Below are positions 14,832-23,829 of a stretch of 32,000 bases of DNA, one piece after another. This DNA is from Geotalea uraniireducens Rf4 (GTDB lineage: Bacteria > Desulfobacterota > Desulfuromonadia > Geobacterales > Geobacteraceae). The notes beneath the pieces were generated by a model. That model was not told the DNA's origin and made no database searches. It saw only the letters and a list, made by a program, of their open reading frames with translations. Position numbers and translations under genes: made by a program. The stretch is from assembly GCF_000016745.1 (NCBI RefSeq), contig NC_009483.1, positions 3,510,001 to 3,542,000 on the forward strand, read 5' to 3'. Within the stretch, counting starts at the first letter, position 1. Each line of letters opens with the position of its first letter.

Positions 14832-16229
14832 TTACATCAATCCAAGAGACGTCTTGCTGAACACCTTGGCGTAGTAATCGCTATCAGACTTGATAAACAC
14901 AATGATGCTGTTCGGGGTATTGAATACTTGTTTCGGCTCGGCAACGATATCGATGGACATTGTTGTGAAGAGGGTGTCCTGCTTGATGACCAGTAGCTTC
15001 TTGATATTGTCGCTATTCAGCATGTAGAGGTTGCCGAGATCATCGTCGGATACCAAGTCGATGAAAGTATGGCCGAGATTACCGGCATAGGTGATATCGT
15101 CAGCGGCTGCAGGCGATGAGATGAACATGTTGCCGGACCCGGTGGCAATACGAGTGTCGCTATTCATTACCCGAATCGGAGCTCCGAAACCGTAGTCACC
15201 GTGGTAACGGGAATCGCCAATGCTATCGATCGTCCCTGTCGACGCGTTGATTGCCAGATGATGCATGTCCGCCGGCGACAGCCCGCTGTCAAGGGCATAG
15301 GCCATGCCGGTGGCCTGATTGAAGGTGAAATTGCTGAGCGGATACCAATAGCTCTTGCTGGTGACGATTTGTCCGTTTTCCAGGTTGATGGTCTCATAGG
15401 TATTCGATGGCCCCCAGCCGGTTCCATTGCCGACCAGCACAAACTTGGAAGAAACGGGTACCAGTGCATTGATGGAGATCAGAGAATCAGCCAGCAACGT
15501 GAGGCTTTCGTCGGCTATGTTCAGCCGATAGATCTTGCCGGTGGAATACCCCAGCAAAAGGGAGCCGCCGGCCGTCTCGACTGCCAACGCCTGCGGCGAA
15601 GCCTGCAGCGGGATGTCCTTTTCGCGCACCAGCGTATCGGCGTAAACAGCCAGCACTCCGGCGCTGCTGTCGAAAATGTAAAACTTCTTATTCACCTTGT
15701 CCTGCAGGATCGTGCTGACAAACTGACGGATCTTGGAATAACCGGGGAGTTTGTTGAAGCCGACGGACAGGCTGACGCTGCCTGTCGTCGCGGGATCGAC
15801 TACGGCACTGGCCGGATCGAAGAGAATTTCCGCGGCGACTTGGGCACCGGCAACGACATTGACGTCGACAGAACCGGTATAGATAAGCGCCTGGCCATTG
15901 TAAGCATTGGCCGTTACGCGCCAGTACCCCTTTGCCAGGCCTGTAACTGTGCCGGATGCCACATTGTTTGCTACACTCAGATCCGTTACAATATCCGTAT
16001 AACCGTCTCGAGACAGAGTGGCGCTCACTGCAGTAATCGTATTGGTGCTAGTCGTCATGGTACTAAATGCGATTTTGGCTGCAGAGCTGGCGTTATGTTG
16101 CAGCGTTGCAAGGTCGATTTGCAGACTTACGGTTCCGGTTGCATTGTTAGCTGTTGACGCCCCTGTCCCACAACCAGCCATGATTCCCAAGGCAAACATA
16201 AGCAGCAGATAGACTGAAATCTTTTTCAT
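14832..16229 (-). CDS. Lipoprotein of unknown function (N-terminal Ig-like region, C-terminal beta-propeller-like region)
   Basis: The listed ORF starts at 16385, but the internal ATG at 16229 has GAGGAGGAGGG upstream and gives MKKISVYLLLMFALGIMAGC (signal peptide plus lipobox). The 52 upstream codons run through a palindromic repeat. No family recognised. Confidence 0.7.
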   Translation of the reverse strand: MKKISVYLLLMFALGIMAGCGTGASTANNATGTVSLQIDLATLQHNASSAAKIAFSTMTTSTNTITAVSATLSRDGYTDIVTDLSVANNVASGTVTGLAKGYWRVTANAYNGQALIYTGSVDVNVVAGAQVAAEILFDPASAVVDPATTGSVSLSVGFNKLPGYSKIRQFVSTILQDKVNKKFYIFDSSAGVLAVYADTLVREKDIPLQASPQALAVETAGGSLLLGYSTGKIYRLNIADESLTLLADSLISINALVPVSSKFVLVGNGTGWGPSNTYETINLENGQIVTSKSYWYPLSNFTFNQATGMAYALDSGLSPADMHHLAINASTGTIDSIGDSRYHGDYGFGAPIRVMNSDTRIATGSGNMFISSPAAADDITYAGNLGHTFIDLVSDDDLGNLYMLNSDNIKKLLVIKQDTLFTTMSIDIVAEPKQVFNTPNSIIVFIKSDSDYYAKVFSKTSLGLM

Positions 16230-16296
16230 ACGCCCTCCTCCTCTTCCTATTATTTGATTAAAACGGCCTGTCCAGCAACTTTCCCGCTGCTGCCTG

Positions 16297-16466
16297 CCTA
16301 GGAGCCTGTCGGACTTAGGAATGAATCTACTGCGAGAACGGAAAATCGGTCCATATTCCCGTAAATTTTCGACAAATAGGTCCACTATTCGCTCTCAAAT
16401 TTCCGAAAATCTGTCCTCGATTTGCCATTCTCTCGTTACGATTCCCTAAGTCCGACTGGCTCCTAG
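16297..16466. repeat. ~170-bp long imperfect palindrome (MITE-like element) between the OMP and lipoprotein genes
   Basis: Terminal arms CCTAGGAGCCTGTCGGACTTAGGAAT (16297-16322) and ATTCCCTAAGTCCGACTGGCTCCTAG (16441-16466). Inner arms also pair (GAGAACGGAAAATCG versus CGATTTGCCATTCTC). The centre is AATAGGTCCACTATT near 16381. Confidence 0.8.
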
Positions 16467-16480
16467 AGACTGCCGATATT

Positions 16481-17155
16481 TCAGAACCGGAACGAGACCC
16501 CAAAAAGCACATTGTGCATCGAAAGCGACGCGGTTACCTTCTTGGCAATGTTGTCACTATTTCCAATTGCAGCATTAAAAAGGTATGTCGTTGTATCCTG
16601 AAGGACGTTGACCCTGTAATATGCATAGCGGTATTCACTAAATAAGGCGATATGCTTTGAGAGTTGCAAAGCAATCCCGGCCGGAACTTGAAAACCAGCG
16701 TTAATTCCCCAGCTGTTGATTTTATCAGTTGGCGGGCCATTGTCGGCAGAGGCATAGGTGTACAAAGATATACTGGGGCCGATACCGATGTAGGGTTGCA
16801 ACATCCCTTGGGGAATGTTTTCGTCACTTAGAAGTGGAAGCCGAAACATAACCATGGGGGTCAGCGGCGCGAGATCGAATCTGGCGGTAGCTCCCTTTGC
16901 GTGCATGGAAGAAAAGTCGCCTCCCACACCAAGCCAGCGTTGTTTTGTGAACCAGTAGCCTCCTCTTACACCGTATGTGACGTCTCTTTCAAAACCAACT
17001 TTTTTGCTGGTAGAGGCAACATTGCTGTTTATCGTCACGGTCGCATTATCAGTAAAAGATGGCCCGGCGTATAAATCAATAAAGCCTTCGGCAAAAGACG
17101 GTATCGCAGACATTACGAGCAGTGATAAAACGACGCCAATGATTCCAATTTTCAT
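16481..17155 (-). CDS. Outer-membrane beta-barrel protein (OmpA-beta-barrel/OmpW-like porin family)
   Basis: Signal peptide MKIGIIGVVLSLLVMSAIPSFA. Alternating hydrophobic beta-strand pattern, aromatic girdle residues, and a C-terminal ..LFGVSFRF ending in Phe. Confidence 0.8.
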   Translation of the reverse strand: MKIGIIGVVLSLLVMSAIPSFAEGFIDLYAGPSFTDNATVTINSNVASTSKKVGFERDVTYGVRGGYWFTKQRWLGVGGDFSSMHAKGATARFDLAPLTPMVMFRLPLLSDENIPQGMLQPYIGIGPSISLYTYASADNGPPTDKINSWGINAGFQVPAGIALQLSKHIALFSEYRYAYYRVNVLQDTTTYLFNAAIGNSDNIAKKVTASLSMHNVLFGVSFRF

Positions 17156-17268
17156 AATTTCCCACCTATAGCAATGACATCAATATTATTTAGACCAACG
17201 AATAAGCCCAGCCGCGCGGCGCCGGCGGGAGCACCTTGTTGGGAAATCTGCGCGCCCTCTCGCACGGA

Positions 17269-17676
17269 CTAGGTAGAACCCCTGAGTGCCGCTGCCAGAG
17301 TCGCTGGTTCCGCCACACTCACCATGAGTTGTCGCAAGCGGACGGGAAATCCCATGACGTACCCGCGCTGGGTCGGCGTCAGGTCGATGGTCAGGATTCC
17401 CTGTCCCGATCCGTTCACCAGCCATCGACCTGCGAATCCATGCACCCCACGACTCAGCGGGCGCCCATGCGTTTCTGCGGCTAAGGCGACAGCTGCTCTC
17501 GGAAAGCAAGCTCGAAATGCCCAGCCCATTCGCACTCGGATCTCCTCGCTGTTCACCTCCACATAGGAGCTCGAAGGGCGCAGAAACAAGGCACTCGACA
17601 GAATTCCGTACCATGGGTCAAACTGAATGGGAAATCGCTGTGGGCTCAATGGTCTCCTCCCGATAAATGACCGCAT
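17269..17676 (-). CDS. Hypothetical protein (about 135 aa)
   Basis: The listed ORF 17269..17748 extends into the conserved 301-bp module, so the ATG at 17676 (MRSFIGRRPLSPQRF..) is more likely, although its SD is weak. The sequence is protein-like (..VEVNSEEIRVRMGWAFRACFPR..RWLVNGSGQGILTIDL..). The overlapping ORF 17186..17614 is Arg/Ser/Gly-rich junk. Confidence 0.45.
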   Translation of the reverse strand: MRSFIGRRPLSPQRFPIQFDPWYGILSSALFLRPSSSYVEVNSEEIRVRMGWAFRACFPRAAVALAAETHGRPLSRGVHGFAGRWLVNGSGQGILTIDLTPTQRGYVMGFPVRLRQLMVSVAEPATLAAALRGST

Positions 17677-17687
17677 GTTTGGCGGCA

Positions 17688-17988
17688 GCAGGAGCCATTC
17701 TATAACCACATTGCATGCCAAAGCGGAAGGCAGATTGAAATTATTCAATAAACTATCAATAACCAGCTGAATATAAACAATACTTTTAAATTTGGCGTTC
17801 CGGAGGTTCGGGGGTGAGGGTTTTGGGTAGGGGAGATTCCTTGCCGCACTTATTGTAAAAAATTTTTACACATCGGCGTAGAAGCCCATGGGACAAGGGT
17901 TTACATTCTTGTAAAAAATTTTTACACATACCTGTAAACCCTTGTCTGGCGAGGGTTTAGACTTATTGTAAAAAAATTTTACACTTGG
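17688..17988 (-). promoter_or_regulatory. Copy 2 of the 301-bp AT-rich upstream module
   Basis: Ungapped alignment with 6276-6576. TGT-(A/T)11-ACA sites at 17854-17870, 17910-17926 and 17967-17983. GC palindrome at 17936-17958. Lies 11 nt 5' of the 17676 ATG. Confidence 0.6.
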
Positions 17989-17999
17989 AAGCAGTAATG

Positions 18000-18061
18000 T
18001 CACCCTCCCCCAACCCCTCCCATCAAGGGAGGGGAGCGGAGCTTTAAAGTCCCCTCGCCCC
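18000..18061. repeat. REP-like element, type A (C-tract/G-tract hairpin, CCCTCCC-N5/6-GGGAGGG)
   Basis: TCACCCTCCCCCAACCCCTCCCATCAAGGGAGGGGAG.. is almost identical to the left arm of 29031-29114. Confidence 0.85.
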
Positions 18062-18113
18062 ATGCGGACCCAAATTGCGGGCCTAAAGGACTTGGTAATT
18101 ATCAATATACCAC

Positions 18114-18207
18114 GTAGGGGCGACAGCACGGCTTCATCGTGCTTCGCCCTTGTTCGCAACGCCAACAAAGACGGGCGAAGCAGATAAGGCGTTTGCTTCG
18201 CCCCTAC
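18114..18207. repeat. REP-like element, type B (GTAGGGGCG...CGCCCCTAC long hairpin)
   Basis: Ends GTAGGGGCGA / TCGCCCCTAC are inverted. Internal GCTTCGCCC / GGGCGAAGC pairing. Confidence 0.85.
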
Positions 18208-18254
18208 GATCAAAAACGGTATATCATGAAATTCTATGTCCCTAAAGGAGAGGG

Positions 18255-19082
18255 CTAGGTTGATGGGGGTTTTACCCTGGGAATGAAGATCTGCTCCGGA
18301 TCGAGCACCTCGTGGATGAAATGGAGCTCTTCCCGGGTCGGAGGCAGGGTTTCGCCGCTTACACGCGCGATGTCGAGATCGAACCGGCACATCTCCCGGA
18401 TCTCCTGCGGCGTCTTCCCCGGATGACAGGTATCCAGGTAGATACGGCCGCTCTCGTCGTCAAAGCGGAACACCCCTGCAGTGCTGATGACCGCCGACGG
18501 CCCGCCCCGGTAGGCTGCGCCGTACAGCTCCCGCCGGTGGACGAACTCGCCACCCGGCCATTTTTTCACCCGCCAGCCGGGGCTGGTGATGTAACTGACC
18601 CTTTCGGTGAAGCGCCGCTTCTCGTGGACCATGATGAAAACGGTCCGTCCGGCGAAGGAGTTGATGTCCGGGTTGCCGCCGCTGCCGGTCAGGCGCAGCT
18701 CCGGTTCCAGATAGTCGCCGATGACCGTGGTGTTCACGTTGCCATACTCGTCCACCTCCGCCCCGCCGAGGAAACCCAGGTCCACGTAGCCCCGCTGGGC
18801 AATGCTGAAGGCGTCGTAAAGACCGGAGGCGCGGGAAGCCCCCATTTCGCAACGGGCGTCACCCACTGAGGTGGGGATCTCCGGCGGACGGCCGTCCAGG
18901 GTGCCGGCCTCGAAAATCAGCTTCAGGTTCGGCGCATGGGTCTTCTGAGCCAGCATGATCGCCACCATGGGGAGACCGGTGCCGGCGAAGACAATCTCGT
19001 TGTCCTGCACTTCGCGGGAGGCCGCGCAGCAGAGCAGGTCGGCCAGCCCGTATTCTTCGGGATTCGCATAATCCTTGTTCAT
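18255..19082 (-). CDS. CoA-transferase family I, beta subunit (glutaconate/3-oxoacid CoA-transferase B-like)
   Basis: 275 aa. ..LLCCAASREVQDNEIVFAGTGLPMVAIMLAQKTHAPNLKLIFEAGTL.., LTGSGGNPDINS. The start is 1 nt after the subunit A stop (TGA-C-ATG). Confidence 0.85.
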   Translation of the reverse strand: MNKDYANPEEYGLADLLCCAASREVQDNEIVFAGTGLPMVAIMLAQKTHAPNLKLIFEAGTLDGRPPEIPTSVGDARCEMGASRASGLYDAFSIAQRGYVDLGFLGGAEVDEYGNVNTTVIGDYLEPELRLTGSGGNPDINSFAGRTVFIMVHEKRRFTERVSYITSPGWRVKKWPGGEFVHRRELYGAAYRGGPSAVISTAGVFRFDDESGRIYLDTCHPGKTPQEIREMCRFDLDIARVSGETLPPTREELHFIHEVLDPEQIFIPRVKPPST

Positions 19083-19083
19083 G

Positions 19084-20049
19084 TCATTGCCCCCTTTTCA
19101 CGCCGGTACTGTAGTTGAGCGCGGTGTTGGCCTTGAGTGAAAGCATCCGCGGCCACCCCAGCTTCTCCAGATAGCCCATATGGTCGAGGCCGAAGATCCA
19201 CTCCCTGGCAAAGTCGTCAAAGCCTTCCTGGGTGCGGGTCCGTCCGTAGAAATCCTTGAGAAAACCGCCATCCACGTCGTAGCGTCCGAACATCCCCGTC
19301 GGGTGGGCGCCGAATGGACACTCCAGGATGTAATCCACTTCGAAGCCGGGGATGGTATTCCGGTCGCTTTCCCGGCGCAGGTACTCTTCAGGCACGATCT
19401 CCTCGGCCATGACGATGGTGATATCGGCCGCCCGGGCCGCCTCGGGATCGGAGTAGTACTGGCCCGAGACCCGCACCGTCCCCTCCTCCCCCACCTGCTG
19501 GACGCACATGACCGCCACATCAACCTTGGCCGCCGGGATCAGCACCTGTGCGCCGGCGTCGAAGAACGGGTCTTCGGTGAACTGATACTTGTGCCTGGCT
19601 ATCCGCTTGCCGTCCCTTAAGCCTGCCCGGCCTAGCATGTCGTACTCCGGGTTGTGGATGTCAGTGCCGAGCGAGGTCTGGGTTACGGCAAAAGGCGCCC
19701 CGGAGGCAGCAGCGGCAAAGCGGAACAGCATCTCCGCATGGCTATAGTCCTCGACTATGATCTCCCTGTTCCCCACCTTGCGCGACAGGTTGGCGCCGTA
19801 CTTGCCGTACAGCTCGTGCCCCACCCAGCATGATTCCCAGATATCCACGCAACCGGCCCCCACCAGGAACTCGGTCTGCGGACCGCCGTTCACCTCGATG
19901 AGGTGGAGCCCCTTTCGCCCCTGCCGGATCAGTTCAAAGACAACGGCAAACGGCCGCCGCCAGATGGTGAAGCCGGAAAAGGTGAGACTGGAGCCGTCCC
20001 TGATGATCTCGGCGGCTTGCTGCAGGGTAATGCGCTTGTTGTTGCCCAT
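19084..20049 (-). CDS. CoA-transferase family I, alpha subunit (glutaconate/3-oxoacid CoA-transferase A-like)
   Basis: The internal ATG at 20049 has GAAGGAGGAA upstream and gives MGNNKRITLQQAAEIIRDGSSLTFSGF.., a typical subunit A N-terminus. The listed 21-codon extension runs into a repeat element. Confidence 0.85.
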   Translation of the reverse strand: MGNNKRITLQQAAEIIRDGSSLTFSGFTIWRRPFAVVFELIRQGRKGLHLIEVNGGPQTEFLVGAGCVDIWESCWVGHELYGKYGANLSRKVGNREIIVEDYSHAEMLFRFAAAASGAPFAVTQTSLGTDIHNPEYDMLGRAGLRDGKRIARHKYQFTEDPFFDAGAQVLIPAAKVDVAVMCVQQVGEEGTVRVSGQYYSDPEAARAADITIVMAEEIVPEEYLRRESDRNTIPGFEVDYILECPFGAHPTGMFGRYDVDGGFLKDFYGRTRTQEGFDDFAREWIFGLDHMGYLEKLGWPRMLSLKANTALNYSTGVKRGQ

Positions 20050-20118
20050 GCGTTCCTCCTTCTTGGTTGATAAAGCCTTTGCCAGACACAGGGACACAGC
20101 TAGAAACAACAACCTTGA

Positions 20119-20259
20119 ACCGCAAAGGACCCAAAGGACCCAAAGGGCCTAAAGGACCTAAAACGCGAAGAGCGCGAAGAAAACAAATCATATAGATTTT
20201 TGGCTCTTAAACCCAAAAAAGGTTTCGGATATTCTTCGCCTCCTTTGCGCCTTTGCGGT
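20119..20259. repeat. Composite hairpin element whose arms are short tandem units (type C)
   Basis: The left arm is ACCGCAAAGG followed by 9-bp units CAAAGGACC x4 (20123-20158) and GCGAAGA x2. The right arm ATTCTTCGCCTCCTTTGCGCCTTTGCGGT (20231-20259) is its imperfect reverse complement. Confidence 0.85.
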
Positions 20260-20319
20260 AAAAAAGATTATCCGTTTTTGCCTTTCTCCACGCCTGCGCC
20301 TCTGTGTTGGATTTTGTCT

Positions 20320-21477
<1,158 letters not shown>

Positions 21478-21525
21478 GCCCCCTCCTTATTCAGAATTGC
21501 ATTCAAAATGACAGTTATTGATTTC

Positions 21526-21605
21526 GTAGGGGCGTACCCTTGTGGTCGCCCGTCTTTGACTTTGGGCGGCGTTTCCAACAGGGCGGGCACAAGACCCGCC
21601 CCTAC
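21526..21605. repeat. REP-like element, type B
   Basis: Ends GTAGGGGCG ... CGCCCCTAC. Internal CTTGTG/CACAAG pairing. Confidence 0.85.
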
Positions 21606-21713
21606 CTATTAATGACATCTTGATTGCAAATTGGAATTACCTCTCGATCCCGAACCGCGCCTGCACGCCGTTCTGGAAATAATGTTTCACCTGAACCTGT
21701 CCATGAAGCGGCG

Positions 21714-22631
21714 TCATCTGGCGCACTTCGCCGTCAGGGCCGGCACGAACTGCATCACATCCGCCACCACCAGCACGTCCGCCACTTCACCGATGGGGGC
21801 ATCCTTGTCCTTGTTGATGGCGACGACAAAGTCCGATTTCTTCATCCCTGCCAGGTGCTGGATGGCACCGGAGATGCCGCATGCCACGTACAGTTTCGGG
21901 CTGACGCTCTGGCCGGTGGTCCCAACCTGGTGGCTGTGCTCCACCCAGCCCGCATCCACCACCGGGCGGCTCGCCCCCAGTTCCCCCCCGAGCGCCTTGG
22001 CCAGGGCGGCAATAACCGCCACGTTGTCTTTCTTCCCCACCCCGCGGCCGGCGCTGACGATCACCTCGGCCTTGGCCAGGTCCACGTCCTTCTTTTCCGC
22101 CGCCTCGTAACCGACGAACTCCACACCGGATGCAGCTTCTGCAAGGCTCAGCTGCTCCAGTTGCGGCGTCCCGTGGGGCTCACCGGCAAAGCTGAAGGCG
22201 CCGGCCTGGATCGTGAGGACCGCCCGGGCCGTTTTCGGCACTACCGACCTTCGCATCTTGGCGTTGCAGCAGGTGACCTCGAACTTGCCGTCGACAATGC
22301 CGACAATTTCCGAGACCTGGCCTGCCCTGAGAGCCGCGGCCACCCGCGGCGCCAGATCCCAGCCGTAAGAGGAATGGACGAAGACGATGTAATCGGGGTT
22401 CTCCCTGGCCACCGCCTCCAGCACGATCTGCTTGTGCAGATCAGGGTTATATTCGCCATATTTGCCGGCATCGGCCAGGTATACCTTGCCGTCGAACCGG
22501 GGGGCTGCCGCCTCGCTGCCGATCAGCACCATGGCCTTGTCCGCGCCGAGCCGGTCGGCAAATGCCAAAAGTTCGTAGGTGGAGTCGAGCAGTTTTCCTT
22601 CCCGGTATTCACAGATGAGCAACGCTTTCAT
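21714..22631 (-). CDS. etfA: Electron transfer flavoprotein, alpha subunit
   Basis: 305 aa. AAGGAGG SD. C-terminal FAD-binding signature ..ASRPVVDAGWVEHSHQVGTTGQSVSPKLYVACGISGAIQHLAGM.. Confidence 0.92.
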   Translation of the reverse strand: MKALLICEYREGKLLDSTYELLAFADRLGADKAMVLIGSEAAAPRFDGKVYLADAGKYGEYNPDLHKQIVLEAVARENPDYIVFVHSSYGWDLAPRVAAALRAGQVSEIVGIVDGKFEVTCCNAKMRRSVVPKTARAVLTIQAGAFSFAGEPHGTPQLEQLSLAEAASGVEFVGYEAAEKKDVDLAKAEVIVSAGRGVGKKDNVAVIAALAKALGGELGASRPVVDAGWVEHSHQVGTTGQSVSPKLYVACGISGAIQHLAGMKKSDFVVAINKDKDAPIGEVADVLVVADVMQFVPALTAKCAR

Positions 22632-22739
22632 ATATACCTCCTTACTCCGGACCAGCCGGAAGTACTGTTTAAAATCAATGAACCGCTAAGTCGCAAAGAA
22701 TTCAAAGGATAGATCAATAAACCCAAAAACGGCAGTTAG

Positions 22740-22867
22740 CCACGAATGACACGAATAAACACGAATGTTTTTAACCCCATGTTAAGTCTTGAGTAGTCAA
22801 CAATCTTGTGAGATTCTTCTTCATCACAAGAGCTTGTATATTCGTGCAAATTCGTGCAAATTCGTGG
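22740..22867. repeat. Composite hairpin element built from CACGAAT-containing ~10-bp units (type C)
   Basis: Left arm CCACGAATGACACGAATAAACACGAAT (22740-22766). Right arm ATTCGTGCAAATTCGTGCAAATTCGTGG (22840-22867). Inner 8-bp hairpin TCTTGTGA-N12-TCACAAGA at 22803-22830. Confidence 0.85.
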
Positions 22868-22911
22868 TTAAAATGCTTTTTATAGGATAAAGGCTGTCTC
22901 TTCTGTTTTTA

Positions 22912-23688
22912 TCAGCGCAATACGGCGGTCTTTTCTTTCAATATCCCGATCAGCCGGTCGGCCAGGTCGCCGACATCCCCTTCCAGGACGATGCCTCCTC
23001 CCTTCTTTGCCGGCGGGTACATCCGTTCGGTGGTGACAAGCCCCTCTTCCTTGAGCAGATCCGCAACCGGCAGGGCGAGGATCTCCTTCTTCTTCGCTTT
23101 CATGATGTTGGGGAGGGTCGGATAACGGGGGATATTCAGGCCCAGCTGACAGGTAACGAGCGCCGGCAGCCTGAGCTTCACCACACCCTTGGTCCCACCC
23201 TCCAGCTCCCTCTTCGCCGTGACCACGCCGTTATCGAAGGCAAAGCCGACCAGGGTGGTGGCGCAGGCATAGCCGAGCAGTTCGGCCACGGTCACCCCCA
23301 CCTGGGCCGAGCCACGGTCCTGGGACTGCATGCCGGTGAAGATCAGGTCGAAACCCTGGTCTTTGGCATATGCGGCGATGATGGACGCCATCTGCCAGGG
23401 ATCTTTCCGGTAGTGGTGGTTGTCCCGGACATGAACACCCCGGTCGCACCCCATGGCCAGCGCCTTCTTGAGCGCTTCAACAACCCGGTCGGGGCCGATG
23501 GAGAGGACGGTAATCACGGGCTCGCCCCCCAGCTGCTCCTTGAGCCGCACCGCCTGCTCCACCGCATATTCGTCGTATTCGTTCATGCGATAGGCAAGAT
23601 CGGCCTCGTCGTACCAGACCCCTTCAGAATTGATCTTGAACCGTGATTCCATATCCGGAACCTGTTTTATGCAGACTAGTATGTTCAT
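22912..23688 (-). CDS. etfB: Electron transfer flavoprotein, beta subunit
   Basis: The true start is the ATG at 23688 (GGAGGT SD), giving MNILVCIKQVPDMESRF.. The listed 43-codon N-terminal extension (GSGRGVGGEWAG repeats) is a translation of the 11-bp microsatellite. Confidence 0.92.
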   Translation of the reverse strand: MNILVCIKQVPDMESRFKINSEGVWYDEADLAYRMNEYDEYAVEQAVRLKEQLGGEPVITVLSIGPDRVVEALKKALAMGCDRGVHVRDNHHYRKDPWQMASIIAAYAKDQGFDLIFTGMQSQDRGSAQVGVTVAELLGYACATTLVGFAFDNGVVTAKRELEGGTKGVVKLRLPALVTCQLGLNIPRYPTLPNIMKAKKKEILALPVADLLKEEGLVTTERMYPPAKKGGGIVLEGDVGDLADRLIGILKEKTAVLR

Positions 23689-23703
23689 ATGAACCTCCGA
23701 TTC

Positions 23704-23829
23704 GTAGGGGCGGGGTCTCCCCGCCCACTCCCCGCCCACTCCCCGCCCACTCCCCGCCCACTCCCCGCCCACTCCCCGCCCACTCCCCGCCCAGCAACCC
23801 CGCCCGGGGCACGGCAACCGTGCCCCTAC
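23704..23829. repeat. REP-like element, type B, expanded by an internal microsatellite
   Basis: Ends GTAGGGGC ... GCCCCTAC. It overlaps the stop codon (23826-23828) of the Fe-S oxidoreductase gene. Confidence 0.85.
23719..23794. repeat. 11-bp microsatellite CCCCGCCCACT x6 plus a partial seventh unit
   Basis: Units start at 23719, 23730, 23741, 23752, 23763 and 23774. The partial unit CCCCGCCCAG starts at 23785. Confidence 0.95.

Noticed and set aside
17186-17614. 142-aa minus-strand ORF overlapping the 17269..17676 hypothetical
   Set aside because: Its composition is Arg/Ser/Gly-rich and low-complexity. The alternative frame is more protein-like and starts next to the conserved upstream module.
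23689-23817. N-terminal extensions of several track ORFs (etfB to 23817, ACAD to 27132, crotonase to 28086, CoA-transferase A to 20112, lipoprotein to 16385, thiolase to 30308)
   Set aside because: Each extension translates a repeat element and lacks an SD. The internal ATG in each case has a strong SD and gives the canonical family N-terminus.
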